From assembly GCA_038056395.1 (NCBI GenBank), contig JBBUFS010000006.1, positions 1 to 59,311 of the forward strand: a stretch of DNA of 59,311 bases, written 5' to 3'. Both the position numbers and the translations under genes were made by a program. Source of the DNA: Patescibacteria group bacterium (GTDB lineage Bacteria; Patescibacteriota; Minisyncoccia; Phycocordibacterales; WO2-35-19). Positions 8,794 through 19,678 of this stretch are shown here, one piece after another; within the stretch, counting starts at the first letter, position 1, and the number at the start of each line of letters is the position of its first letter. The notes below the pieces were generated by a model, which was given only the letters and a program-made list of their open reading frames with translations, had not been told where the DNA came from and ran no database searches.

Positions 8794-8890
8794 ATGGCTC
8801 TAAAATAACAGAAAAAAATCGTTTAGTAAATTGATAGTACGCCATTGGGGTGATTTATTTATCATAGGCCAAAAAATACTTGAAATAGAG

Positions 8891-9259
8891 TTAATGATGC
8901 TCGGCGGATTCGGCCTCAATTTTAGTTTTGTGGATTGTGCCGGCGGGATGGTTGGGGGGAGTGTAAATGGTATAAAGCTTCATGGCCTTGTTTTCGGTGT
9001 TTATAATATTATGGCGGGTGCCGGCCGGAATGACAACGGCAAAGCCGTCTTCAATCTGAGTTTCCTCCCCGTTCAAAATCGCTTTGCCTTTTCCTTCCTC
9101 AATTCTTATAAATTGGTCAACATCATGTACTTCCTCGCCGATGTCTTCGTAAGGCAAAAGAGACATCACCACCAGCTGGCTTTTCTCGGTAGTGTTTAAA
9201 ACATTTCTGAAATTTTCATTTTCTTCCGTGTCTTTTTCCAAATTTTTTATATAGGCCAT
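8891..9259 (-). CDS. Cupin domain protein
   Basis: GEEVHDVDQFIRIEEGKGKAILNGEE...VVIPAGTRHNIIN matches the two cupin motifs. Confidence 0.75.
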   Translation of the reverse strand: MAYIKNLEKDTEENENFRNVLNTTEKSQLVVMSLLPYEDIGEEVHDVDQFIRIEEGKGKAILNGEETQIEDGFAVVIPAGTRHNIINTENKAMKLYTIYTPPNHPAGTIHKTKIEAESAEHH

Positions 9260-9340
9260 ATTGTTTGTTATTTAAATGATAATATAAAAATTGTAGCACA
9301 TTTTGTATTTTTTTATTACATGATATTATAATATATAAAT

Positions 9341-9967
9341 ATGAAAAGTTATATTTGGATAGGAGGCATAATTGTCATTTTAATCGCTCTGATGTTTTTG
9401 AGTGCAGGCGGGTCAGATATTAAACCGCTCTTTAAAGTGGATGCGGTCCATCCGCTGGATAATGTCAAAGGCAATGCCAGTTCATCGGTGTTGATAATAG
9501 AATACAGCGATTTTGAATGTCCGGCTTGCCGCACCTATTATACAATAATGAGAGAACTGCTGGTAGAATTCGGAGATAAAACAACTTTTGTTTACCGGCA
9601 TTTTCCCTTGATTGGCATTCACGCTAACGCCGAATTCGCCGCGCGGGCGGCAGAGGCGGCCAGCAAACAAGGCAAGTTTTGGGAGATGCATGACTTGCTT
9701 TTTGAAAAACAAAACGAGTGGGCCAAGGTGGCCGATGTTGAACCGATGTTTGAATCCTACGCCGTTCTTCTGGGAATATCGGTTGAACAGTTTAAAACGG
9801 ATTGGCAATCCAAAGCCGTCAAGGATTTTGTGAAAGTCCAAAGGTCAAATGCTACCAAATTGGGGCTTCAGGGTACCCCTTCATTTTTTATCAATGGCAA
9901 GATAATCCAAAATCCGAATTCAGTTGATGCTTTTAGAGCTGTAATCAAAGAGGCTTTGGGTAATTAA
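9341..9967 (+). CDS. DsbA-family thioredoxin-fold oxidoreductase, membrane anchored
   Basis: N-terminal TM helix, CPAC active site (DFECPACRTYY) and FFINGK near the C-terminus. Confidence 0.8.
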   Translation: MKSYIWIGGIIVILIALMFLSAGGSDIKPLFKVDAVHPLDNVKGNASSSVLIIEYSDFECPACRTYYTIMRELLVEFGDKTTFVYRHFPLIGIHANAEFAARAAEAASKQGKFWEMHDLLFEKQNEWAKVADVEPMFESYAVLLGISVEQFKTDWQSKAVKDFVKVQRSNATKLGLQGTPSFFINGKIIQNPNSVDAFRAVIKEALGN

Positions 9968-10021
9968 AAGTAATCAACATTTTTACTTTCTCCATGCCGT
10001 TGTTGGGTGTAAAATGTGAGC

Positions 10022-10525
10022 ATGAATGGGAGGCTTAAATATTTTTTGTATGTTTTAATTGGTCTGGCCGCGGTCCTTTGGCTGATTGAAAGCTATGGCG
10101 GTTCTTTCCGTTCAAATTCAGCCAACGCCTTTGAATGGGAAAAGTCGGTCAATATTTATTTTGGAAACAGCAACAAAGGCTCATCTGAAGAATGTTCCAA
10201 AGTTTTTCCGGTTGCTCGCACCATCTTGAATGCCGAAACTTTCGGGCCTGGGGCTTTAGAAGCGCTCTTGAACGGAGTTTCAGAAGAGGAAAAAACAGCC
10301 GGATATTTCACCAGTATCAACGACGGAGTTCTGCTCCGGAAATTTGAAATAAAAGACAAGATTGCTTATATAGATTTTGATCCTAGTTTTAATGAGGGTA
10401 TGGGTGGCTCCTGTCGGGTCACCAATGTTAAATCTCAAATTGAAAATACTTTGAACAATCTGCCTGATATTGACTCAGTGATTATCTCCGTGGACGGCAA
10501 AACCGAAGGTGTCTTAGAGCCGTAA
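10022..10525 (+). CDS. GerMN domain protein
   Basis: Signal-anchor followed by VFPVARTI...ALEALLNGVSEEEKTAGYFTSI...IAYIDF. ATG 10022 is preferred over the GTG at 10016. Confidence 0.65.
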   Translation: MNGRLKYFLYVLIGLAAVLWLIESYGGSFRSNSANAFEWEKSVNIYFGNSNKGSSEECSKVFPVARTILNAETFGPGALEALLNGVSEEEKTAGYFTSINDGVLLRKFEIKDKIAYIDFDPSFNEGMGGSCRVTNVKSQIENTLNNLPDIDSVIISVDGKTEGVLEP

Positions 10526-10528
10526 GAT

Positions 10529-11701
10529 TTATCTCGTATCTTTTTTTGGGATAAAAAGCAAACCGGAAAGGGTGAAGAAAGCAAGGAAGTAAAAAGAAGT
10601 GGAATAAGAAAAAAAATAAATAATCGGCAGAACAAAAAGAGGAACGATAACATAAGAGAGCGGGCGAGTCATACGAAAAAGACTGATCAGGCCGGTATCT
10701 TCTTCTTTAACATGTTTGAAAAAATAACTCTCGCTGGAAACTTCAATCAAGGCGGCGCCGATGCGGGTAATAAAAAGAACCAAAGCCCAAATCCAAAAAA
10801 CAGGAGTGGCTAGCATGGGAATTATAAAAGTGGCGAGAAACATTATTATAAATCCGGCGATGAGCAATTCTTTTTCTCCCATTTTTTTATCGCTCAAAAT
10901 GCCGGCCGGCAATTCAAAGAGCAAAAATGGCAAAAGCATAATCATAAACACCCATCCTATTTTGTCCCAGCCAAAACCTATTTCTCTGCTTAAAAGAAGC
11001 GGCAGATATATAACCATCCAGGCATAAAAAAAGTTGAGTATGAACTGGATTGTGATAATTCTAGCCTGATCTTTTTGTTTTGTCAGTGATACAATGGCTA
11101 AAAGAATATTTGAATCCGCTACGTCAGCTCTTTGGGTGTTTTTAAAAAATAAAATGACTATCAGAAAAAGGGGAATTAAGGCCAAACCGGATAAGAAATA
11201 AACTTTGCTAAAGCTGTTTTGATTTATCAAAAAAACCAGAGCCAGAGGCGAAAGCACCCATGCGATATTTGAAATAGCCAAGAGGACGCCCCGCCTGCCG
11301 CCGGTAGTGCCTTCTATTTTTATTTCTTGCTCTAAATTTACATCAAGACAGAAATAAAGCATTGAAGCCGCTCCGATTTGAATAAGAAACAAAGAAATGA
11401 CCAAGTTTGTATCATTGATGCTTCCCATACCAAAGGCAGCCAAAATTTCCAAAGCTATAAAAAACAGGAAAGTCAAAACACTGCCATATTTGCGCAATAA
11501 AAACGGAGCCAGAAGAAGAGAAATGACAGCTAGTAGGGAGCCAAAAATATACAAAACACTTAGAGTATTATTTCCAACAAACTGCCCAAGAAGGGAAGAA
11601 TTGACATAGGAAATCAGGGCAAAATGAACTGCCATCAAAAACCCTCCCAGATACACCAACCACAATTTTTTGTTTGAAGCCATTATTCTATTATACCTCA
11701 T
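10529..11701 (-). CDS. MFS-type transporter
   Basis: About 12 predicted TM helices in two halves with a basic central loop. An alternative start is ATG 11683. Confidence 0.7.
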   Translation of the reverse strand: MRYNRIMASNKKLWLVYLGGFLMAVHFALISYVNSSLLGQFVGNNTLSVLYIFGSLLAVISLLLAPFLLRKYGSVLTFLFFIALEILAAFGMGSINDTNLVISLFLIQIGAASMLYFCLDVNLEQEIKIEGTTGGRRGVLLAISNIAWVLSPLALVFLINQNSFSKVYFLSGLALIPLFLIVILFFKNTQRADVADSNILLAIVSLTKQKDQARIITIQFILNFFYAWMVIYLPLLLSREIGFGWDKIGWVFMIMLLPFLLFELPAGILSDKKMGEKELLIAGFIIMFLATFIIPMLATPVFWIWALVLFITRIGAALIEVSSESYFFKHVKEEDTGLISLFRMTRPLSYVIVPLFVLPIIYFFSYSTSFYFLAFFTLSGLLFIPKKDTR

Positions 11702-11716
11702 ACCTCAGATGAGGTT

Positions 11717-13564
11717 TTAAACTCCCAAGATAACTGGTATTACTATGGGATGCTTGGCGGTTTTTTGGAAGAGGAAACGAGAGACGGCATCAGTAACATT
11801 GTCTTTTATAAAATCAAAATTTATGGGGTTGGCGCCTCGGGTTGATTCTTCAACTGTTTTTTTAATAATCAGCCGAGTTTGCCCCAAAAGTTCCTGGGAT
11901 TCTCTCAAATAAACGAAACCGCGGGAAATAAGGTCGGGCGATTTGCGCAATTTACCGGTTTTCAAGTCAATGATGGCCACGATGACAAACATGCCGTCAT
12001 CGGCCAGCATCTTCCGGTCTCTCATCACCACTTCCTGCACGTCGCCGATAGCAAAACCGTCCACCATCACCAAATCGCTAGGCGCCTTTTCTTTCAATAT
12101 TTTTATTTTATCGCCTCTGTCCTGTATTTCCACAATGGAGCCATTGTCCGGAATAATAACGTTTTCTCGGGGAGCGCCCAAAGATTGGGCCAGCTCAGCA
12201 TGCTGACAAAGCAGATAGTGATTGCCATGCACCGGCATAAAAAATTTATAATTGATTCTCTGATGAATCCATCTCAGCTCGTCACGGTTGCCGTGGCCGG
12301 AAGCATGGATGTCCGAATCAAGATAGGTGATGACTTTAGCTTCGGAGCGGTAAAGATTGTCTTTTAGTTTGACGATGGATTTATAGTTGGTGGGTATAAT
12401 GGAAGAAGAAAGCAGAATGGTATCAGTTTTTCTGATATGGACATATTTATGACTTTTGTTGGCGATGCGCATTAAAGCGGCAAATTCCTCGCCCTGGGAG
12501 CCGGTGACCAGCATCACTATCCTGTCAGGAGGATAATTTTCAATTTCTTCCACTGGAATTATATTTTTTATATCAGAAAGCTTTAGAAACTTGATAATCT
12601 CCAAATTGGTCTTCATACTTCGCCCTTCTACCACTATTTTCTTATTATATTTCTCAGCGGTCTTAATAATGGCAATAATGCGCTCCACTTGGGAGGCGAA
12701 AGTGCCTATAATCAAGCGGCCTTTGGTTTGTTTGATGAATTTCTCTATATTCTCAGTAACCACATTTTCCGCCAGAGAAAAACCGGGCTTCTCAATGCTG
12801 GTGGAGTCCATAGTCAATAGCAGCACTTCCATATTTTTAAATCTTTCATATTGCCTCTCTTCCTCTTCCGTCGGCACCCCCTTTATATTATCCACCCGCA
12901 CATCTTCAATGAAGACAATGTTGCCGTAGGGGGTTTCAATGATAAGCCCCATTGAATCAGGGATAGTGTGAGAAATGGGAAAGGTGGAAACTCTTATCTT
13001 GCCGCAGACAATTGTTTCGTCGCCCTCGATCACTTTTATATCCAAGGGTTTTAGATGGGGAAATTCCTCCTGGCGCTTCTGAATCATAATGGCTCCGAAT
13101 TGGCGAACATAGATTGTTGGATAGCCGATACGATCTATGATATAAGGAATGCCGCCAATATGGTCCAAATGGCCATGAGTAATAAAAAGACCGCGAATTT
13201 TTTCTTTTCTTTCCTCCAGATATTTGGTGTTCGGCAATATGTAATCAATGCCCGGCGAGTCTTCATCCTTGAACTGAAAACCGGCGTCAACGACTATGAT
13301 ATCATCTCCCATTTCTATGGCCGTCATATTTCTGCCAATCTCTTCCGTTCCGCCCAGTGGAATTATTCTGATGCTCTCCCCGATTTTTGGCAGAGACAAA
13401 GTCTCCGTTGTCTGTTTTAACGGAGGTCTTTGATTTTCTGCCGGACGAAATCTGCTGCTTGAATTAGAAAATCGCTTGCGAGAGAAAGGTCTTGGTTTTA
13501 CGCCTCCCCTTGGTCTTTCCGGAGCATGAAAGCTTCTTATTCTATTTCTATTTTGACTAATCAT
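11717..13564 (-). CDS. rnj: Ribonuclease J (beta-CASP metallo-beta-lactamase) with an Arg-rich N-terminal extension of about 60 aa
   Basis: HGHLDHIGG metal motif, beta-CASP region, DIHASGHG. Confidence 0.9.
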   Translation of the reverse strand: MISQNRNRIRSFHAPERPRGGVKPRPFSRKRFSNSSSRFRPAENQRPPLKQTTETLSLPKIGESIRIIPLGGTEEIGRNMTAIEMGDDIIVVDAGFQFKDEDSPGIDYILPNTKYLEERKEKIRGLFITHGHLDHIGGIPYIIDRIGYPTIYVRQFGAIMIQKRQEEFPHLKPLDIKVIEGDETIVCGKIRVSTFPISHTIPDSMGLIIETPYGNIVFIEDVRVDNIKGVPTEEEERQYERFKNMEVLLLTMDSTSIEKPGFSLAENVVTENIEKFIKQTKGRLIIGTFASQVERIIAIIKTAEKYNKKIVVEGRSMKTNLEIIKFLKLSDIKNIIPVEEIENYPPDRIVMLVTGSQGEEFAALMRIANKSHKYVHIRKTDTILLSSSIIPTNYKSIVKLKDNLYRSEAKVITYLDSDIHASGHGNRDELRWIHQRINYKFFMPVHGNHYLLCQHAELAQSLGAPRENVIIPDNGSIVEIQDRGDKIKILKEKAPSDLVMVDGFAIGDVQEVVMRDRKMLADDGMFVIVAIIDLKTGKLRKSPDLISRGFVYLRESQELLGQTRLIIKKTVEESTRGANPINFDFIKDNVTDAVSRFLFQKTAKHPIVIPVILGV

Positions 13565-15311
13565 TTTTAAAAAATTTCCAAACTTTATCTGTTTCTATAA
13601 ACCATTTACTAACAAAGAGAAATCTTTCATTTAAGAAAGAAACATCTTTTAGGGCAATGTTTTTTACTTGGGGCGCTTTTAAGTACAGCAGAGAAGGAGA
13701 AAACAGGAAAATGACTGGCATATCTTTCTTAATTTCCAAAACCACCAATTCTTTTTTAAGCATTTTGATTTGATTGTCTGTTTCTTTTTGAATTTCTTCC
13801 AGCATTTTATCAACCGTGATATTTGCATAAAGCGAAACATTGAGCCCCGGGTCGTTTCGTTCCGAAGAATGCCAAAACGGATAAAGGTCGCTTTCCTCTG
13901 CCACCACTTCTCCAAAAAGGAGGGCGTCATATTTTCTCAGTCTGATTATGTTTTGACTTAGATCTCCAGCCTCAAAAACTTTTATGGAAACATCAGCCCC
14001 TATTTTTCTCCAGGATTCCTGCAGAATTTCAGCTGTTTTTTTGAGTTCCGGCGCATCGGAAGTGGAGATGGAAAAACTGAAAATAACCGTTCCGGTTTTT
14101 GTTTTTTTCTCCAAGATGCCGTCTTTGTTTTCCTTCCAGCCCGCCTTTGATAAAGAAGCTTTAGCCGCTTCAATGTCTTCCCCCGACTTTTGGGAATCTT
14201 TTTCAATATTTGCCGGTGTCGGGCCATCCAAAACTCTGCCAAAACCATAAAGAACTTCATCAACTATTCTTTGCTTGGGAGCAGCCATATTCAAGACCTC
14301 TCTGATTTCTTTGTTTAAAAAAACGGGAGCCGTATTTTGATTAAGAAATACTCCAAAGACTCTGGGCAGAGAAACTTCATTAATAAGATTTTTATCAGGA
14401 CTCATTTTTTTTATGGCCAACGGACTCAGACCGGGGGTGCTTTCCACGGTTTTTTCTTCATAAGCTTTTGCAAGCCCTGTTTCATTCTGGAAAAATTTAA
14501 AAGTAATCGTTTTTATTTTTGGCCGGCCGAGAGCATATTTTTTCCAGGCGGTCAGAATGATAGTGGTTGGTATACCCCCAGAATTTCTGGAAATTTTTTC
14601 CACTTTGTAAGGGCCGGAACCAATCGGGTCTATATTGAATTGGCTGAACGGAAATTCTTCCGAAGAAGCGTTTTCCCATATATGTTTTGGCAAGATGCCC
14701 AAGGTGAGAACATATAAAAATGGAGTGTAGGGTTTATTCAAAGTGAACCTTATTTCCTTTTCATTTATCTTTTCCGCCAGCACCCCTTTCCAGTTTGCAT
14801 TTTTGGGGCTTTTGATAATTGGATCCAAAACTTTTTTAATGGTAAAAATGACATCATCGCTTGTAACCGCTCGGCCGTCATGGAAATAAGCGTTGTCTTT
14901 TATTACGAAATCATAGACAGCGCCACCCTCTTTTACTTCATAGGAACTGGCCAAATCTGGTTCCAAGCCGCCTTTGTCCGAAACCTTCAAAAGTCCGGAG
15001 TATATAAGAGAAGAAAGGTCTTTATCGGTATCTGAAATAGCCAATATCGGATTTATAAATCGGGGAGAGCCAATCAGTCCTTCCGTAAAACTGCCGCCAA
15101 AACTCGGCACCTCTATTAGAAATAAATTGTTGATGCGGAATACAAGTATCAGGCCGCTGACAATCACGATTAAAGAAATCAGAAAAAAAAACATTTTTTC
15201 TGAATATCTCATTTTCTTTTCTATCTCCTCTATTTTTCCAATAAAATTAAAATGGCGAAAATCCACAAATAGGGCATTAAAAAAGGATACAATTTTATTT
15301 TTGGGTTTCAT
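13557..15311 (-). CDS. ABC transporter substrate-binding protein, family 5 (peptide/nickel type)
   Basis: TM anchor followed by an SBP_bac_5-like sequence (LIGSPRFINPI..., GSGPYKV). The ORF track start 15413 overlaps secG; ATG 15311 or 15212 is more plausible. Confidence 0.7.
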   Translation of the reverse strand: MKPKNKIVSFFNALFVDFRHFNFIGKIEEIEKKMRYSEKMFFFLISLIVIVSGLILVFRINNLFLIEVPSFGGSFTEGLIGSPRFINPILAISDTDKDLSSLIYSGLLKVSDKGGLEPDLASSYEVKEGGAVYDFVIKDNAYFHDGRAVTSDDVIFTIKKVLDPIIKSPKNANWKGVLAEKINEKEIRFTLNKPYTPFLYVLTLGILPKHIWENASSEEFPFSQFNIDPIGSGPYKVEKISRNSGGIPTTIILTAWKKYALGRPKIKTITFKFFQNETGLAKAYEEKTVESTPGLSPLAIKKMSPDKNLINEVSLPRVFGVFLNQNTAPVFLNKEIREVLNMAAPKQRIVDEVLYGFGRVLDGPTPANIEKDSQKSGEDIEAAKASLSKAGWKENKDGILEKKTKTGTVIFSFSISTSDAPELKKTAEILQESWRKIGADVSIKVFEAGDLSQNIIRLRKYDALLFGEVVAEESDLYPFWHSSERNDPGLNVSLYANITVDKMLEEIQKETDNQIKMLKKELVVLEIKKDMPVIFLFSPSLLYLKAPQVKNIALKDVSFLNERFLFVSKWFIETDKVWKFFKND

Positions 15312-15340
15312 CCCGTTAGAGATAGGAATTAATTGAAGTT

Positions 15341-15553
15341 TTAGTATAGCAAATTTAGAATGGTGGAAGCAACAAAGAGGCAAGCAATAATGATAGTGGC
15401 TCTGAATATCCAAAGCTCCGGACCGCGTCTGGTTCTAATGGCGCTATCCATGCCGCTGCCGCCAAAAGCGGCGCCCAAAGAGCCTTCGGAATGCTGAATG
15501 AGCACCAAAGCGCTTAACAAAACCGCCAAAATAATTTGAATATAAGGTAGCAT
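15341..15553 (-). CDS. secG: Preprotein translocase subunit SecG
   Basis: 70 aa with two TM helices flanking the Gly-rich GSLGAAFGGSG loop. Start taken at MLPYIQIILAVLL. Confidence 0.7.
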   Translation of the reverse strand: MLPYIQIILAVLLSALVLIQHSEGSLGAAFGGSGMDSAIRTRRGPELWIFRATIIIACLFVASTILNLLY

Positions 15554-15642
15554 TTCGTTATTAAAGCCAGTATAACATATTCTCAAAAGCTTGCAAGAAT
15601 TTGAAAAGCCATTATAATAACGCCCTTAGTCCTTTTCCTTTC

Positions 15643-15681
15643 CCCCTCTCCTGCATCTAGGAGAGGGGTTAGGGATGAGGT
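15643..15681 (+). repeat. REP-like hairpin with GGGATGAGGT tail, copy 1
   Basis: cccctctcc-tgcatcta-ggagagggg followed by ttagggatgaggt, 20 nt upstream of groES. Confidence 0.7.
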
Positions 15682-15700
15682 CATTATTAGTGTTAAACCT

Positions 15701-17714
<2,014 letters not shown>

Positions 17715-17730
17715 TTTTATTAAGAAAAAA

Positions 17731-17806
17731 ACTAAAATAGATGCTGTTCCTGCGTTAGGTCGTAAGGATAAGGCTCTTGGAACAGCACTATTTTAGTTTT
17801 TTTCTT
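17731..17806. terminator. Long hairpin flanked by A- and T-runs downstream of groEL (bidirectional terminator shape)
   Basis: actaaaatag(a)tgctgttcc ... ggaacagcactattttagt, a 19-bp stem with a 1-nt bulge, followed by a T-run. Confidence 0.6.
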
Positions 17807-17809
17807 TTT

Positions 17810-17865
17810 CCCTTCCCCTGCATCTAGGGGAAGGGAAATCCGACGTAAGTCGGATGGGATGAGGT
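17810..17865 (+). repeat. REP-like hairpin with GGGATGAGGT tail, copy 2
   Basis: cccttcccc-tgcatcta-ggggaaggg has the same loop as copy 1 with compensatory stem changes. An extra hairpin tccgac-gtaa-gtcgga follows, then tgggatgaggt. Confidence 0.7.
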
Positions 17866-17938
17866 TTCTATAAAACGGCTCAACGAAGCCATTTTTTGAC
17901 ATCCAAAAAAAGAAAATGAAATTTTAGTGCCAAAAAGC

Positions 17939-17966
17939 TTGACAGATTTTGTGGTTATGCTATACT
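17939..17966 (+). promoter_or_regulatory. Near-consensus sigma-70-type promoter (TTGACA, 16 nt spacer, TGc-TATACT)
   Basis: ttgaca at 17939..17944 and tatact at 17961..17966 preceded by tgc. There is no ORF with a plausible start downstream. Confidence 0.55.
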
Positions 17967-17972
17967 ACTACC

Positions 17973-18217
17973 AGATCAACGCGTTGGTTATAGGCGCGGC
18001 CGAGTGCCCGCTCTAATGCCCGATTGGACCTTTCTAAATAGGCATCGGTACATGGGGTTTCGGAATCCCTCAGTGGGATTCCGCCGGGACTCGGATCCGC
18101 CAAGTGCCGGCCGCCGGGGGGACTTCAACCCCCGACGCGCCAGCCGATTGTACACACGTCCGTTCATCCGAAGCCGCTTTCAATCCTACGGGAAAGAGAG
18201 CGGCTTCTTCATTTTTA
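17973..18217 (+). ncRNA. Unclassified structured GC-rich RNA (about 245 nt) with its own promoter and terminator
   Basis: It contains several perfect hairpins (cggaatccc-tcagt-gggattccg; ggggg-acttcaa-ccccc; ggcgcg...cgcgcc enclosing gcggccg...cggccgc). It ends in the gaagccgct...agcggcttc stem plus ttcattttt. It is far more GC-rich than its surroundings. Confidence 0.5.
18170..18217 (+). terminator. Intrinsic terminator closing the candidate RNA
   Basis: 9-bp stem gaagccgct/agcggcttc followed by ttcattttta. Confidence 0.55.
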
Positions 18218-18284
18218 TAACTTTTTAACTTGCGCCTTTCTAACTTTTTTTATACTATGTATCTATTATAATTAATTAAATCAC

Positions 18285-18842
18285 ATGACATTCTCAACAG
18301 TTATTTTAATATTAGTGGCCATTGCGGTTTTTTGGTTTATTTTTGCTTATAACAAATTTGTTCGGCTTATCACTCGCGCCAAGGAGGCTTGGAGCGATAT
18401 TGAAGTGCAGATGAAAAGGCGATATGACTTAATTCCTAATTTAGTCAGCACAGTCAAAGGTTATGCCACTCACGAATCAACCGCATTTGAAAATGTGACC
18501 AAAGCTCGGGCTATGGCCATGGGCGCCGGCACTTTGGCAGAAAAAGCGGGTGCTGAAAATATGCTCGGTAATGCTTTGAAATCTCTTTTTGCCGTAGCCG
18601 AGGCCTATCCAGATTTGAAAGCCAATCAAAACTTTTTGGAATTGCAAAGAGAACTCTCCGATACCGAAAATAAAATTCAGGCCGCTCGCAGATTTTACAA
18701 TACCAATGTGCGCGACTTGAATATTGCCACCGATACCTTTCCTTCAAATTTTGTGGCCAACCTGTTTCATTTTTCTAAAATGGAATTTTTTGATTTGAAG
18801 GACAATGAAGCGGCTCGCGAACCGGTTAAAGTGCAGTTTTAA
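18285..18842 (+). CDS. lemA: LemA family protein
   Basis: N-terminal TM, YNKFVRL..., EVQMKRRYDLIPNLV, YPDLKANQNFLELQRELSDTENKIQAARRFYN. Confidence 0.9.
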   Translation: MTFSTVILILVAIAVFWFIFAYNKFVRLITRAKEAWSDIEVQMKRRYDLIPNLVSTVKGYATHESTAFENVTKARAMAMGAGTLAEKAGAENMLGNALKSLFAVAEAYPDLKANQNFLELQRELSDTENKIQAARRFYNTNVRDLNIATDTFPSNFVANLFHFSKMEFFDLKDNEAAREPVKVQF

Positions 18843-18856
18843 TTTCGTTAAATCAT

Positions 18857-19366
18857 ATGGCAAAAGAACATACATTATTTGAAGTTGTAATAACGGCCAT
18901 AATTGTTAACAAAGAAAGCAAGTATTTAATTACTCGCCGTTCTCCAAATAAAAAAAGATTTCCAGGCATGTGGACGGTACCGGGAGGGCATTTAGACCCA
19001 GAAGATTTTATGGGATATCCCAAAGATACCGAGCATTATTGGTACAATGTTTTGGAAAAAGCTTTGACTCGGGAAATTAAAGAGGAAGTCGGGCTTGAAA
19101 TAGAGCATGTGAGATATGTCACATCTTTGGCCACCGAGCACCCTTCGACAAGCTCAGGGCAAGTAAAGGCTCATTCAGTAGTTATATCCTGTCTTGCTGA
19201 TTACAAAAGCGGAAAAGTTGAACTTCAAGAAGGAGAAACTGATAAAGCCGAATGGGTAAGCGTAAAAGAAGCAAAAAAATATGATTTAATTGATGGAATT
19301 TATGATGAAATACAAATGGCTGACGCTTTGAGGCGGGGAGAGAAATATGAATGGAAGAGGCATTAA
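18857..19366 (+). CDS. NUDIX hydrolase
   Basis: Nudix box GGHLDPEDF...EKALTREIKEEVGLE. Confidence 0.85.
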   Translation: MAKEHTLFEVVITAIIVNKESKYLITRRSPNKKRFPGMWTVPGGHLDPEDFMGYPKDTEHYWYNVLEKALTREIKEEVGLEIEHVRYVTSLATEHPSTSSGQVKAHSVVISCLADYKSGKVELQEGETDKAEWVSVKEAKKYDLIDGIYDEIQMADALRRGEKYEWKRH

Positions 19367-19385
19367 AATAAAGCAAAGAAATAAT

Positions 19386-19619
19386 ATGAAAAATATAACC
19401 ATATACTCAACTCCGACTTGCCATTTTTGCCATTTGGCCAAGGATTTTTTTAAGGAAAATAATATTGCTTACACTGAACATAATGTTTTGACTGATTTAG
19501 AAAAAAGGCAGGAGATGGTGGACAAAAGCGGTCAGCTTGGCGTGCCGGTAATTATGATTGATGGACATATTACAGTCGGTTTTGACCAAGCGGAAATTTC
19601 TTCATTGCTTGGAATATAA
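19386..19619 (+). CDS. Glutaredoxin-like (NrdH/YruB-type) small redox protein
   Basis: MKNITIYSTPTCHFCHLAK (CxxC) and GVPVIMIDGHI. ATG 19386 lies within ORF 19347..19619. Confidence 0.8.
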   Translation: MKNITIYSTPTCHFCHLAKDFFKENNIAYTEHNVLTDLEKRQEMVDKSGQLGVPVIMIDGHITVGFDQAEISSLLGI

Positions 19620-19667
19620 CTCATCCCTAAATCCCTTCCCTTGTTGTAAGAGAGGGTAGGGTGAGTT
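19619..19667 (+). repeat. REP-like hairpin family, copy 3 (imperfect long palindrome carrying the tail motif in both orientations)
   Basis: actcatcccta...cccttccc-ttgttgtaa-gagaggg-tagggtgagt. Confidence 0.55.
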
Positions 19668-19678
19668 ATAATACTTTT

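Noticed and set aside
17973-18217. Assignment of the orphan RNA to tmRNA, SRP RNA, 6S RNA, RNase P RNA or a known riboswitch class
   Set aside because: There is no G3:U70 acceptor or tag ORF, and no GGAA/AGCAGC domain IV. RNase P RNA is found elsewhere. I could find no T-box, B12-box, TPP or ZTP signature. The 6S class cannot be excluded by eye, so I left it unclassified rather than named.
18004-18228. 74-aa ORF inside the candidate RNA
   Set aside because: It has a non-ATG start and no SD or leaderless promoter geometry. Its composition is dominated by Arg/Pro/Gly/Ser from GC-rich helices, and it runs through the terminator hairpin.
19143-19162. 16-nt match with one mismatch (cttcgacaRgctcagg) shared by the NUDIX coding region, the rnpB P14 hairpin (48573..48593) and weakly by 59234..59252
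   Set aside because: Dozens of 16-mers with one mismatch are expected by chance between the two strands of a 59-kb window. The rnpB copy is simply part of a normal helix.
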